Source: an uncultured bacterium (lineage in GTDB: Bacteria > Oederibacteriota > JAAXVQ01 > JAUVAV01). Taken from it: DNA of 64,000 nucleotides. The position numbers and the translations under genes are program-made. Within the stretch, counting starts at the first letter, position 1, and the number at the start of each line of letters is the position of its first letter. Of the stretch, positions 1-10,365 are shown one piece after another. The notes beneath the pieces were generated by a model. The model saw nothing but the letters and a program-made list of their open reading frames with translations. It had not been told where the DNA came from and did no database searches. The DNA is taken from positions 64,001 through 128,000 of the forward strand of contig CAVQBK010000013.1 in NCBI GenBank assembly GCA_963710755.1, in the 5' to 3' direction.

Positions 1-116
1 GCGCTGACATAACGCTTACCGAAGATGAACGTCGTCAAATTGAGGCTATCATGACCCCGGAAGCAGTGGCTGGTGCCCGTTACCCTGAAGCAGGCATGCG
101 AACCGTGAATTTGTAA
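1..116 (+). CDS. 3' end of a probable aldo/keto reductase (partial)
   Basis: Frame 3 reads ADITLTEDERRQIEAIMTPEAVAGARYPEAGMRTVNL*, resembling the AKR C-terminal tail (GARYP); TAA at 114-116. Confidence 0.7.
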   Translation, partial: ADITLTEDERRQIEAIMTPEAVAGARYPEAGMRTVNL

Positions 117-145
117 TTTCCAGTCCATTTCAGCGGTCATCAAGT

Positions 146-187
146 AAAAGCCCGAGCCTACCCTGGCTCAGGCTTTTTTTTATTTTT
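146..187 (+). terminator. Intrinsic terminator
   Basis: AAAAGCCCGAGCC-TACCCT-GGCTCAGGCTTTTTTTT: GC stem plus T run after the AKR stop. Confidence 0.8.
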
Positions 188-226
188 TCCCAACCTTTTT
201 TACCTGATTCGGTCGAAACTAAACCT

Positions 227-3200
227 ATGAGCCCCTCTCTTTCGGCAAATATTTTGTCAATAAAAGAGGAATGCCACGGCCATGGAAACCACGCCTTCCA
301 CGTCGCGCTGGTTTCCATGGCCATGGTGGTTTTTAACCTTGCTGTGATCGCCATGTCACCGTTGTGGGCCGGAGAAGTTTGGCAAAACAATGGCGTCGTA
401 GTGGTCAATGCCTCGGCAGACCAACTCTATGGTAAAGCCGCCTATGATGGCAGTGGCGGCGCGGCCATTGCATGGGAAGATAAACGCAATGGCCAATCTG
501 ATCTGTATGTTCAGCGCTTGGACACTAATGGCCAGGCCCAATGGACAAGTAATGGTGTATTGGTATGCAACGTTATCAATGATATAAACATAGGCTTCAA
601 CCTGACCTATGATGCCGGCAATGGCGCCTATTTGGTTTGGGAAGACCAAAGATCGGATGCAAACATCTATGCCCAACGGGTTGACAAAAATGGTAATGTG
701 AGATGGGGCGCCAATGGCCTTGCCATTTGCACGGTGGCTAATAATCAATTGGAACCCGTCATGGTTTCCGACGGTAATGGCGGCGCCATCATGGCCTGGA
801 CTGATTATCGCGCCACCAATCCCGGCATCTACGGGCAGCGCGTTAATAGCAATGGCGTAGCCCAATGGGGAGCCAATGGAATTGCCCTGGCCCAGAACTT
901 CCTTTACAACACACCCAAAATGGTCTCCAACGGGAGTGGTGGTGCCTTCCTCTGCTGGCAGGACAACACCGTCGATGGTGATATTCGGGCACAGCAAATC
1001 GACAGCAATGGCAATCCTCAGTGGGGTGCTTCGGGCATTGTTGTTTGCAATGCCAGCGGGGGCCAGGGTTCGCCGTCCATTATCTCTGATGATAGTGGGG
1101 GTGTGATCATTGCCTGGGCTGATAACCGTGACGGCACGGGGGACTATTATGCCCAACGTGTGGCGGCCGGCGGCTCCGTGGTATGGGCGGCCAACGGCGT
1201 ACCCGTCTCCAAGACCCCTTGGTCAATTTTAGATCCTGTCTTAACACCAGATGGCGCGGGCGGTGCTTTTTTTGCATGGCTCGAAAACCGGGTAGGTGTT
1301 TACAATGCTTATGCCCAGCACATCTCACATAATGGCACCGTGCAATGGCCCACGTTCGGTACCGGCCTCTGTGATGATCCGGCCGGCCAAGTCCGCTTGG
1401 CCATTGCGCCTGACAGCAATGGCGGTGCTTTTTATGCCTGGTCTGATTACCGGGGAAGCGGCGGTTATTCCGATATTTATATGCAGGAACTCGACGCCGG
1501 CGGCACGCCCTTGCTCCCCCATAACGGCGCCGTGCTATGCAACGCCGTCAATAATCAGCCTTGTGAGATGATGGTCGCCGCTGATCCGGGAGCGGCTATT
1601 GTGGTCTATCATGACCAGCGTAACGTGGCCGTTTCCGGCTATGATATTTATGCTCAAAAAATCGACTGCTGGCCGACCTTAACCCCCACCAACACGCCCG
1701 TGACTACCAGCACATGGAATACCTTCCAGGGTGGCACTATGAATGATACAGGTTATAGCATTGCAAAAGACAGCAGTGGCAATAGTTATGTTTGCGGAAC
1801 TTCTGAAGGCACCTGGGGAACTCCTCTGCGTCCCTATACTTCCGGCACCGATACTTTTGTAGCCAAACTTGATAGTGAGGGTACCCTGCTCTGGAACACC
1901 TTTTTAGGCGGCAGCAGCACCGATTTGGGCCGTGCCATTGCCGTAGACAGCAGCGGCAATGTTTATATTTCCGGATCTTCCGATGCTACCTGGGGTTCTC
2001 CACTCAATCCTTTTTCATCATTTTCTGAAGGATTCCTAGCCAAATTGGACACAAATGGCAACTTGCTTTGGAACACCTTTTTCGGTGGCACTGGAGTCGA
2101 TTCAATTTCCGGGATTGGCCTTGATACAAACAATAATATTTATGTAGGCGGTATTTCCAATGCCACCTGGGGAACTCCTGTTCGCGCCTTTGGTGGTAAT
2201 AATGACCTTGTTGTCGCTAAATTCGCCAATAACGGTTCTTTATCTTGGAACACCTTCCTGGGATCAGCGCTTGGCAACGACATTTTTTCAGCAATGGATG
2301 TGGATGGTAGCGGTAATGTATACATCGTTGGATTCGGGTTTTTCAGCTGGGGGACCCCGGTACGCGCTTACAGCAGCGGTACCGACTTTATAGCGGCCAA
2401 AGTGGATACGAACGGTTCGTTAACATGGAATACTTTTTTAGGAGGATCTTCAGCAGATTACGGTTATGGCATTGCCGCGGATACGAATGGCAATGTTTAT
2501 GTGACCGGACGTTGTTCCGGAACCTGGGGTACACCTATCAACCCTTGGGTCTCCGCTTATGATGGTTCGATCACCAAGTTAGATAATAATGGAGCCTTGT
2601 TATGGAATACATTTTTGGGTGGCGGTCTTGTGGATAGCTGTAATGATATTACCGTTGATACTGGCGGAAATATTTATGTGGCCGGTGTTTCTGGTGCATC
2701 CTGGGGATCACCGTTAAATCCCTATGTTTCTATGGATGACGCCTTTGTGGCCAAACTTTCCACTGATGGCAATCTCACCTGGAATACTTTTATGGGTGGT
2801 GCGTCAGATGATTCGGGCTCCTCCATTACCATTGATGACAGCAATAATATCTTTATTGCCGGTTATTCAAATGCTAGTTGGGGTTCTCCAGTTCGCGCTT
2901 TTTCTTCAAACAAGGACGCTTTTGCGGCCAAACTTGTTGATTCCGCAGGAGCAACGGCTACCTATACCCCCACCCACTCTCCGACCTATACTTATACGCC
3001 TACGCCTACGTTCACGCACACCTTTACCCCAACGTCCACTTTTACGCCAACAACCTCCCCCACACCCACTCAGTCTCCAACCATTACCCCAACCTTTACA
3101 GATACCGCTACTCATACACCCACTGCTTCACCGACAAATACACATTCACCCACCGCCACGCCCACCTCCACTCATTCTCCGACTGAGACCATTACCGCCT

Positions 3201-5035
3201 CACCTACCTCTACTCATTCACCCACCGCCACGCCCACTTTCACTCAGTCCGTCACCCATACGCCTACCTCTTCGCCCACTTTTACTCATTCTCCGACTGA
3301 GACCATTACCGCCTCACCTACCTCTACTCATTCGCCCACCGCCACGCCCACTTTCACTCAGTCCGTCACCCATACGCCTACTTCTTCGCCCACCTTCACT
3401 CATTCTCCGACTGAGACCATTACCGCCTCACCTACCTCTACTCATTCGCCCACCGCCACGCCCACTTTCACTCAGTCCGTTACCCATACGCCTACTTCTT
3501 CGCCCACCTTCACTCATTCTCCGACTGAGACCATTACCGCCTCACCTACCTCTACTCATTCACCCACCGCCACGCCCACTTTCACTCAGTCCGTTACCCA
3601 TACGCCTACTTCTTCGCCCACCTTCACTCATTCTCCGACTGAGACCATTACCGCCTCACCTACCTCTACTCATTCGCCCACCGCCACACCGTCCTTCACT
3701 CAGTCCGTTACCCATACGCCTACTTCTTCGCCCACTTTTACTCATTCTCCGACTGAGACCATTACCGCCTCACCTACCTCTACTCATTCGCCCACTGCCA
3801 CACCGTCCTTCACTCAGTCCGTTACCCATACGCCTACTTCTTCGCCCACTTTTACTCATTCTCCGACTGAGACCATTACCGCCTCACCTACCTCTACTCA
3901 TTCGCCCACTGCCACACCGTCCTTCACTCAGTCCGTTACCCATACGCCTACTTCTTCGCCCACCTTCACTCATTCACCGACTGAGACCATTACCGCTTCA
4001 CCTACCTCTACTCATTCACCTACTGCCACGCCCACTTTCACTCAGTCCGTCACCCATACGCCTACTTCTTCGCCCACTTTCACCCATTCTCCGACTGAGA
4101 CCATTACCGCCTCACCTACCTCTACTCATTCACCCACTGCCACGCCCACTTTCACTCAGTCCGTTACCCATACGCCTACCTCTTCGCCCACTTTCACCCA
4201 TTCTCCGACTGAGACCATTACCGCCTCACCTACCTCTACTCATTCACCCACCGCCACGCCCACTTTCACTCAGTCCGTTACCCATACGCCTACCTCTTCG
4301 CCCACTTTCACTCATTCTCCGACTGAGACCATTACCGTCTCACCTACCTCCACTCATTCACCTACCCAATCCACAACCTATACTTCCACACCCACCTTCA
4401 CACCAACAGCTTCAGCTTCCTGTACGGCCACGGTGTCAGTCACCCTAACGGGCTCCCCAACTATCACCTATTCTCCAACGTCTTCATCCACTTTTACCGT
4501 AACACCATCTTTCACAGCTTCTGCTTCTCCCACAGCAACGCCAACCCCTTTAAATAGCCTCACCCCTTCACCGACGTCCACCGTCACCGCCATTTCCACC
4601 TTAACGCCAACACGCACAGCGGACTTCACCCGTACACCTACGCCCAGCATAACCGCAATTGTTTCCGCTACGGCCAGTCCCACTATTACCCTCACACCTT
4701 TGCCGCCTAAGCCCAACACCTTGGCGCAGGTTCATGTCTACCCAAATCCTTGCACGATCCCCGGACAATCGGCCACGATCGGCTATATTCTTTATGAAGA
4801 CGCGAATGTGGAATTAATTATTTACAATTATTTGGGCAATACCATAAGACGGCAATCGTGGCCCAATCAGTCCGGAAACCCGGCAGGTGTCCGTCACAAT
4901 TGGGCGTGGGATGGTAAGGACAGTATGGGTAACCAAGTTATTACCAGTGGTTATATTGCCAAAATCCATGCTCATGGCCAAGTAACAGGCCACGTGGAAC
5001 AGGCTTCAGTTAAAATTGGTATCATCAGCAAGTAA
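227..5035 (+). CDS. Large secreted protein: N-terminal propeller repeats, SBBP beta-propeller, Thr/Pro/Ser stalk, T9SS-like/FlgD-Ig C-terminal domain
   Basis: Repeats W.D.R...DIYAQR...G...W..NG; repeats WNTFLGG...D.G..IAVD..GN.Y..G; T/P stalk; C-terminal YPNP..IYNYLG..WDGKD..GY..KIGIISK. Start uncertain (227, 317 or 323). Confidence 0.85.
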   Translation: MSPSLSANILSIKEECHGHGNHAFHVALVSMAMVVFNLAVIAMSPLWAGEVWQNNGVVVVNASADQLYGKAAYDGSGGAAIAWEDKRNGQSDLYVQRLDTNGQAQWTSNGVLVCNVINDINIGFNLTYDAGNGAYLVWEDQRSDANIYAQRVDKNGNVRWGANGLAICTVANNQLEPVMVSDGNGGAIMAWTDYRATNPGIYGQRVNSNGVAQWGANGIALAQNFLYNTPKMVSNGSGGAFLCWQDNTVDGDIRAQQIDSNGNPQWGASGIVVCNASGGQGSPSIISDDSGGVIIAWADNRDGTGDYYAQRVAAGGSVVWAANGVPVSKTPWSILDPVLTPDGAGGAFFAWLENRVGVYNAYAQHISHNGTVQWPTFGTGLCDDPAGQVRLAIAPDSNGGAFYAWSDYRGSGGYSDIYMQELDAGGTPLLPHNGAVLCNAVNNQPCEMMVAADPGAAIVVYHDQRNVAVSGYDIYAQKIDCWPTLTPTNTPVTTSTWNTFQGGTMNDTGYSIAKDSSGNSYVCGTSEGTWGTPLRPYTSGTDTFVAKLDSEGTLLWNTFLGGSSTDLGRAIAVDSSGNVYISGSSDATWGSPLNPFSSFSEGFLAKLDTNGNLLWNTFFGGTGVDSISGIGLDTNNNIYVGGISNATWGTPVRAFGGNNDLVVAKFANNGSLSWNTFLGSALGNDIFSAMDVDGSGNVYIVGFGFFSWGTPVRAYSSGTDFIAAKVDTNGSLTWNTFLGGSSADYGYGIAADTNGNVYVTGRCSGTWGTPINPWVSAYDGSITKLDNNGALLWNTFLGGGLVDSCNDITVDTGGNIYVAGVSGASWGSPLNPYVSMDDAFVAKLSTDGNLTWNTFMGGASDDSGSSITIDDSNNIFIAGYSNASWGSPVRAFSSNKDAFAAKLVDSAGATATYTPTHSPTYTYTPTPTFTHTFTPTSTFTPTTSPTPTQSPTITPTFTDTATHTPTASPTNTHSPTATPTSTHSPTETITASPTSTHSPTATPTFTQSVTHTPTSSPTFTHSPTETITASPTSTHSPTATPTFTQSVTHTPTSSPTFTHSPTETITASPTSTHSPTATPTFTQSVTHTPTSSPTFTHSPTETITASPTSTHSPTATPTFTQSVTHTPTSSPTFTHSPTETITASPTSTHSPTATPSFTQSVTHTPTSSPTFTHSPTETITASPTSTHSPTATPSFTQSVTHTPTSSPTFTHSPTETITASPTSTHSPTATPSFTQSVTHTPTSSPTFTHSPTETITASPTSTHSPTATPTFTQSVTHTPTSSPTFTHSPTETITASPTSTHSPTATPTFTQSVTHTPTSSPTFTHSPTETITASPTSTHSPTATPTFTQSVTHTPTSSPTFTHSPTETITVSPTSTHSPTQSTTYTSTPTFTPTASASCTATVSVTLTGSPTITYSPTSSSTFTVTPSFTASASPTATPTPLNSLTPSPTSTVTAISTLTPTRTADFTRTPTPSITAIVSATASPTITLTPLPPKPNTLAQVHVYPNPCTIPGQSATIGYILYEDANVELIIYNYLGNTIRRQSWPNQSGNPAGVRHNWAWDGKDSMGNQVITSGYIAKIHAHGQVTGHVEQASVKIGIISK
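3173..4366 (+). repeat. Intragenic 114-bp (38-aa) tandem repeat, 10 full copies plus a partial
   Basis: GACTGAGACC recurs at 3181, 3295 ... 4321 with period 114; unit HSPTETITASPTSTHSPTATPTFTQSVTHTPTSSPTFT. Confidence 0.95.
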
Positions 5036-5171
5036 CTTTTATTCGCTGCACTCCATCCAGGTGGGTCATCGAGAAGCTTCTCTTAGGGCAAGATGTTCAT
5101 GGGAAAGTTGTTTATAATATGAAGAAACAGCCGTGAAGTAAGTTATTAATTATTTACGTAGGATAAACCTG

Positions 5172-7118
5172 ATGAAATTGTACAAGGGTTATGTACAACT
5201 TGTTTTTCTCGCGGTGATTTGGTTTAGCGTCAATACGGCCACAGCCGTTGGTGCGGTTTTAAGTACCGTTGAAATCAATCAGAGCACTTTGGACGGCCCG
5301 GCCTTAACCAATGGCGACAACTATGGTGTGAGTCTCGTATCCTTGGGCTTCCTGGATGGGGATTCGGTTCCCGATTTGGCAGTCGGCGCTTACTATGATG
5401 ATGCCGGCGGGACCGAACGCGGCACAGTTCATATCCATTTTATGAATAATGATGGGAGTATAAAATCGTCGGTGGAGATTAATAGTCTCACCCCCAACGG
5501 TCCCCTTCTTAATGATGGCGACTATTATGGGTCATGTGTGGCCAACCTGGGATTGCTGGATGGCGATGGCGTCAATGACTTAGCTGTCGGCGCTTATGGT
5601 GATGATGCCGGCGGCAGCGGGTGCGGGGCACTTCATATCCATTTCCTTAACAACGACGGTAGCGTCAAATCATCGACCGAGATTAATGCCACCACAACCA
5701 ACGGACCTACTTTAGCCGCAGGAGCGGAGTATGGGACCTCTGCTGCCGGTCTTGGTCTTTTTGATGGCGATGGGACGGTTGATTTGGCTGTTGGTGCTCC
5801 CCGTTTGGGTATAGGTGGCGCTTTGTTTATACATTTTTTAAATAACGACGGCAGTGTCAAAACTACCGTCAAAATCGACGGAAACACCGCCAACGGCCCG
5901 GTCTTGGCTTCCGGCGATGGTTATGGCCGTAGTGTTTGCAGCCTTGGTGATCTCGATGGTGATGGTGTCACTGATATTGCCGTAGGTGCCTATGGTGATG
6001 ATACAGGGGGATCCGGCCGCGGAGCCGTGTACATTCATTTTATGAACAATGACGGGAGCATCAAATCAACCGTTAAAATTGACAGCACCACGCCCAATGG
6101 TCCTGTATTGAGTGATGGTGACAAATACGGCAATGCGGTGACCAATGTTGGTGACATCGACAAAGATGGTATTATAGATATTGCTGTTGGCGCGCATGCT
6201 TCTGATATTGGCGGTGTTGATCGCGGCGCTGTTTACATCCATTATCTGAACAGTGACGGCAGTGTAAAAGGCACTGATGAAATTAACAGTACCACCCTCA
6301 ATGGCCCAATTATCGAAGATGGTGATTGTTACGGCCGGGGCCTATGCGCTCTTGGAGATCTGGATAAGAATTTGGCTCCCGATATTGCCGTAGGCGCCTA
6401 TTATGGCGACACGGGCAGCGAAGGCAAAGTTTATCTCCATTTCTTAGCCCCACTAAATACACCAACCGTCAGTCCAACGCCAACCTTCACCCCCACTTTT
6501 ACGGCCACGCCCACAAACAGTATTACCATTTCACCAACCTTTACACCCTCACCTACCTTCACTGCTTCTGCCTCGCCTTCGGCAACCCCAACCCCATTGC
6601 ATACAGCTACCCTCACAGCAACCTATACCTGTAGCTTTACGCCCACGACTTCACCCACCTTCTCTGCTTCTGCCTCGCCTTCGCCAACGCCGACATCCTC
6701 ACCAATAGTCACCTTTACCCCCACCGCCACCAGGACCGCGGCTGTCTCCACGACGCCTACGCCTACCATCACCTTGACCCCAATGCCTCTCAGATCCAAC
6801 ATGCTATCTCAGGCTCATGCCTATCCCAATCCCTGTGATCTCAAACTATCTCAAGTCACGATAGCTTACACACTTTATGAAGATGCTGACGTGGATATAA
6901 GCATCTATAATTATTTAGGAAATGTGGTGAACCGGCAACGCTGGCAAAATCAATCCGGTAATCCGGCCGGTATCCGTCACACTTGGACTTGGAATGGCAA
7001 AGACAGTAAGGGCTACCACGTTAAAACCAGCGGTTATATAGTTCAGATTAACGCTCATAACCTGATCACGAGCCGCGAGGAGCAGGCGAGATTCAAATTG
7101 GCTATTATTGACAAGTGA
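5172..7118 (+). CDS. Secreted FG-GAP (integrin-alpha-like) repeat protein with T/P linker and T9SS-like/FlgD-Ig C-terminal domain
   Basis: Signal peptide; repeated G.LDGDG..D(L/I)AVGA..DD.GG..RG.V.IHF; same C-terminal domain as 227..5035. Confidence 0.88.
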   Translation: MKLYKGYVQLVFLAVIWFSVNTATAVGAVLSTVEINQSTLDGPALTNGDNYGVSLVSLGFLDGDSVPDLAVGAYYDDAGGTERGTVHIHFMNNDGSIKSSVEINSLTPNGPLLNDGDYYGSCVANLGLLDGDGVNDLAVGAYGDDAGGSGCGALHIHFLNNDGSVKSSTEINATTTNGPTLAAGAEYGTSAAGLGLFDGDGTVDLAVGAPRLGIGGALFIHFLNNDGSVKTTVKIDGNTANGPVLASGDGYGRSVCSLGDLDGDGVTDIAVGAYGDDTGGSGRGAVYIHFMNNDGSIKSTVKIDSTTPNGPVLSDGDKYGNAVTNVGDIDKDGIIDIAVGAHASDIGGVDRGAVYIHYLNSDGSVKGTDEINSTTLNGPIIEDGDCYGRGLCALGDLDKNLAPDIAVGAYYGDTGSEGKVYLHFLAPLNTPTVSPTPTFTPTFTATPTNSITISPTFTPSPTFTASASPSATPTPLHTATLTATYTCSFTPTTSPTFSASASPSPTPTSSPIVTFTPTATRTAAVSTTPTPTITLTPMPLRSNMLSQAHAYPNPCDLKLSQVTIAYTLYEDADVDISIYNYLGNVVNRQRWQNQSGNPAGIRHTWTWNGKDSKGYHVKTSGYIVQINAHNLITSREEQARFKLAIIDK

Positions 7119-7251
7119 ACTTTCAACTTATTCACCTTTTCGATTTCCAGGCCGCTGCCGGCACTATTTATCAGCCCTTGGTTTTTTCACTCAGCATGGC
7201 CTCTTGTTTTCTGTTGACCCCAATTAAGTTGCATGAAGGGAGGCCGGAAAT

Positions 7252-7287
7252 AAAAAAGGCATGGCCAAATACAGGGCCATGCCTTTT
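7252..7287. terminator. Bidirectional intrinsic terminator between convergent genes
   Basis: AAAAAAGGCATGGCC-AAATACAG-GGCCATGCCTTTT, 13-bp perfect stem. Confidence 0.85.
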
Positions 7288-7313
7288 GTGAAAACCAAAA
7301 CTACTTCTTTGAA

Positions 7314-8342
7314 TTATTCAATTTCACCAATAGTCTTTCTCAAATTGACCACCAATCTGGTCGAGGTCTCATCAATCAAAGCATGTAAGGCTTTGGTCGC
7401 CTCACCCTTGGGATCTTTCAAATCAATTTCATTGGTTGTAACCACATCCCGTAATTTCAAATGCCGATGATGGGTCCTTTTATCCTTGGGCACGACGATA
7501 AACATGGGAATGCTCATTTTGGTTGGTGACAAATCATCCAAAACCGGCCAGCCCAAATCCACCACCACCTGACCGTTTTTGTCCACCAGCAACAAGGTAG
7601 GGTTGAGCCGGATACTGCCGTTGGTGCGCATCATTCTCATGTTTACCACGTTCACACCTTTGACCGTCTTAAACGCCAGGGCTTTATTCCAAATCACCAT
7701 CATGCCGTCCAATCCGGCATCTTTGCAAGCTTGGGCCACACTGTCGAGCATGACTTTTTTTATTTTATTTTCACTGCTTTGACTGGCATTACCATAGGAA
7801 ACTTTATGTTGGACCACGCCTTCCTGGCTATCTTTAAACAGACGATAGGGCACATCAGGACAGGTATTGGCGGCCAATTCATTTTCCGCCACCTGGTCAT
7901 AGTCTTTCTGGAAGGAATCGGCAATCACTTCTTCACTGCTGCCGCCCTGACCCTTACCCATCAGTTTCATCATCAGGGCTGCGGCCGCAGCTTGGCCCTT
8001 ATTATTCTTCATCATGGTCTTTATCACGGTATTGTTTTTAAAATCCGTCATGGTCCTTAAACCGTTAACGCTCTGATAGCGGGCCCGGGGTACATAGGTA
8101 AAGCTGGTCACCCCTTTCAAAACTTGATCGTAACGCTTTAATGCATAATCCGCCGCTTCTTGCGTTACCGCCAAATTGTTACTGCTTGGCTGCCCCAATT
8201 TGTCCAGAGTAACCGTGCACAGCCCGACTTTTTTCATCGCCACCAAGGCTTCCTTGTTAACCTGAGTTCCGGAGCAACCACTCAGCAAGATTGCTCCTGC
8301 CAACAGCACTCCCATTGATTTTAAATAACGATAATATTGCAT
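7314..8342 (-). CDS. Hypothetical lipoprotein
   Basis: 342-aa ORF, GGAGG RBS, lipobox LLSGC. Confidence 0.75.
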   Translation of the reverse strand: MQYYRYLKSMGVLLAGAILLSGCSGTQVNKEALVAMKKVGLCTVTLDKLGQPSSNNLAVTQEAADYALKRYDQVLKGVTSFTYVPRARYQSVNGLRTMTDFKNNTVIKTMMKNNKGQAAAAALMMKLMGKGQGGSSEEVIADSFQKDYDQVAENELAANTCPDVPYRLFKDSQEGVVQHKVSYGNASQSSENKIKKVMLDSVAQACKDAGLDGMMVIWNKALAFKTVKGVNVVNMRMMRTNGSIRLNPTLLLVDKNGQVVVDLGWPVLDDLSPTKMSIPMFIVVPKDKRTHHRHLKLRDVVTTNEIDLKDPKGEATKALHALIDETSTRLVVNLRKTIGEIE

Positions 8343-8425
8343 TGGTCCCTCCTTTTATAATCCATCTCAACTATAGTTACGGATTGATAATCATTTTGGT
8401 TACATTTTTTTTAACGGTTTGGAAA

Positions 8426-9163
8426 TTAAAAACGATGGATTGGACGGCGTTTGCCCATCAAAATCAACCTGGCCGGAAAAGTTTGGCCCACAACAATGTC
8501 CATGTTGTCGTTCCCGCGGGGCAGCATGTGGATCAATTCCTTTGGAACCAAAGCATTTCTTACGGAACGTTCACCGTCTATGGTCGCAAAACTGTGACGA
8601 AAAAATATCCGGCTGAAAAGTGAAAACCCCCAAAATGCCCAGCGGGAACGGTGGATGTCATTGAACAAAAAACCTTGGCGTGCATGACACACAAGGCCAA
8701 GAAGCTTTTTGATCTCTTCATCCGTCAGATGATGAAGCAAATGGTTGGAAAAAATATAATCGGCTGGAAGGTATTGACCAAGATTAAAGATAGAATCGCA
8801 AACCACGGTCAATTCAGGATAGGGCCGGCATTTATTTTGGGCATAGCCGGCGATCAGTGGATTACTATCAAGACAAGTAATTGTCACTGAAAGGTTATAC
8901 CGACGGCATTGCTTTATAAACCAGATGTCCAGATCACACCCTCCTGCCCCCAAGTCAAGCAGATGGTAGTCCTGACGGGGATTCATGCGCATCTTCTTGA
9001 GAAAATGGTTTATTAACAAGGCCTTGGAGGAAGTGAAGAGTGCATTAATGATGCGAAATTGTTCGACTGTATTAATTAGCCGTTTGCTATCAGCATCCGG
9101 CAGATCCATCAGTTCCGCCACCCGGGCGCGCTTGCTCAGATCAGGCCAGAGTGTTTTTGTCAC
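8426..9163 (-). CDS. Class I SAM-dependent methyltransferase of the type III PKS-associated kind
   Basis: LLDLGAGG motif, N-terminal R...ELMD, NHLLHHL; overlaps PKS stop by 4 bp. Confidence 0.85.
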   Translation of the reverse strand: MTKTLWPDLSKRARVAELMDLPDADSKRLINTVEQFRIINALFTSSKALLINHFLKKMRMNPRQDYHLLDLGAGGCDLDIWFIKQCRRYNLSVTITCLDSNPLIAGYAQNKCRPYPELTVVCDSIFNLGQYLPADYIFSNHLLHHLTDEEIKKLLGLVCHARQGFLFNDIHRSRWAFWGFSLFSRIFFRHSFATIDGERSVRNALVPKELIHMLPRGNDNMDIVVGQTFPARLILMGKRRPIHRF

Positions 9164-10272
9164 AAGCCTTTTTCCATTACCGCGGCTTCCACGGTCAAGC
9201 CGGGTCCGAACCCGGCGCTGATGATTTTTCCGTTTTCTTTTGAAGCCAATACCTGTTCCAAGACAAACATAATGGTGGAAGAACTCATGTTGCCATAGTC
9301 CCTTAATATTTGATAAGGGATGGCCAGATCTTCCTTGCTTAACTCCAAGGTGTCAGCCAGTTTTTCCAGAATCGCCTTGCCGCCCGGATGAATGGCCCAA
9401 AAACTGATATCCTGGGGCGTGACTTGAGCTTGGGCATAAAGCTTATCCATGATGGGATTAATATGGCTTTTTAGCAATCTGGGCACATAGGCGGATAGTT
9501 TCATGTCAAAGCCATGGCTGCCAATCTTCCAGGCCATGTCCTCTTCGCTGCCTTGCAGATAGGTGGTCAAAAAATGGTGGAGCGCAATTTTGGGGCCTTC
9601 ACTGTCTTCCCTGACTGCTGAGATCAAGGCGGCCGAGACACCGTCCGCAAACAGAGCGTTAGCCACCATAATATCCGGTTCCTGACTCTGCTGAAAATGA
9701 AGGGAACATAGTTCCACATTCACCACCAGCACCCGTGCCTGAGGATCGGACTGGCAGAAAGACTTGGCCATCTTCATGGCCGGAAAGGCGGCATAGCACC
9801 CCATGAAGCCCAGATGAAAGCGGTTGATATGCGGGGAAAGTTTTAATTCCCTGGTCAGCGTCAGATCAAAACCAGGTGCGGAAAAGCCGGTGCAACTGAC
9901 CGTGATCAGGTGGGTGATGCGGCTTATGTCGAAATGATTTAATTTTTCCAGCAAACGCTTAACGGCGTGCAGGGCCAACCGGCTGGCTTCTTTGATGTAC
10001 AGGTCATTGCGCGTTTCCGTATCCGGTTCCGGCAACATCTTGCTGTTTTTGGGATAGAATTGATAGTCCTGTGGATTTTTGCCATAATCGGAAATGACCG
10101 TATGCCGTTTTTCAATAGCAGTTGATTGATAAACTTTGGTGAAAAAGGATCGTTTAGCCGGGGTATCACCCATCAATTCCAATATCAGTTGCAGTGCATA
10201 GGCCTGAGTATAATAGTGCTCCGGTACGGCAGTGGCAATCTCATGCAGATAGACTTCCTGGGAAGAAACCAT
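9160..10272 (-). CDS. Type III polyketide synthase (chalcone/stilbene synthase family)
   Basis: Catalytic Cys (FMGCYA), His (IHPGG), Asn (YGNMSS), GFGPG; start reassigned to MVSSQE at 10272. Confidence 0.93.
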   Translation of the reverse strand: MVSSQEVYLHEIATAVPEHYYTQAYALQLILELMGDTPAKRSFFTKVYQSTAIEKRHTVISDYGKNPQDYQFYPKNSKMLPEPDTETRNDLYIKEASRLALHAVKRLLEKLNHFDISRITHLITVSCTGFSAPGFDLTLTRELKLSPHINRFHLGFMGCYAAFPAMKMAKSFCQSDPQARVLVVNVELCSLHFQQSQEPDIMVANALFADGVSAALISAVREDSEGPKIALHHFLTTYLQGSEEDMAWKIGSHGFDMKLSAYVPRLLKSHINPIMDKLYAQAQVTPQDISFWAIHPGGKAILEKLADTLELSKEDLAIPYQILRDYGNMSSSTIMFVLEQVLASKENGKIISAGFGPGLTVEAAVMEKGL

Positions 10273-10365
10273 TTTATGCCCCCTGTCCTTTAAGTTGACA
10301 AATGCTTTGGAATTACTGATTATAGCTCCAAGAGGCCTTTCAAGAAACCAAAAAGGAGCCTGACC

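Noticed and set aside
190-219. Sigma-28-like promoter (GTCGAAAC) before the 1602-aa gene
   Set aside because: No acceptable -35 box at 15-bp spacing
3173-4366. Possible CRISPR array
   Set aside because: Contiguous in-frame coding repeats with no unique spacers and no cas genes
2724-4448. 574-aa Pro/Leu/Arg-rich ORF
   Set aside because: Alternative-frame shadow of the Thr/Pro repeat within the 1602-aa gene
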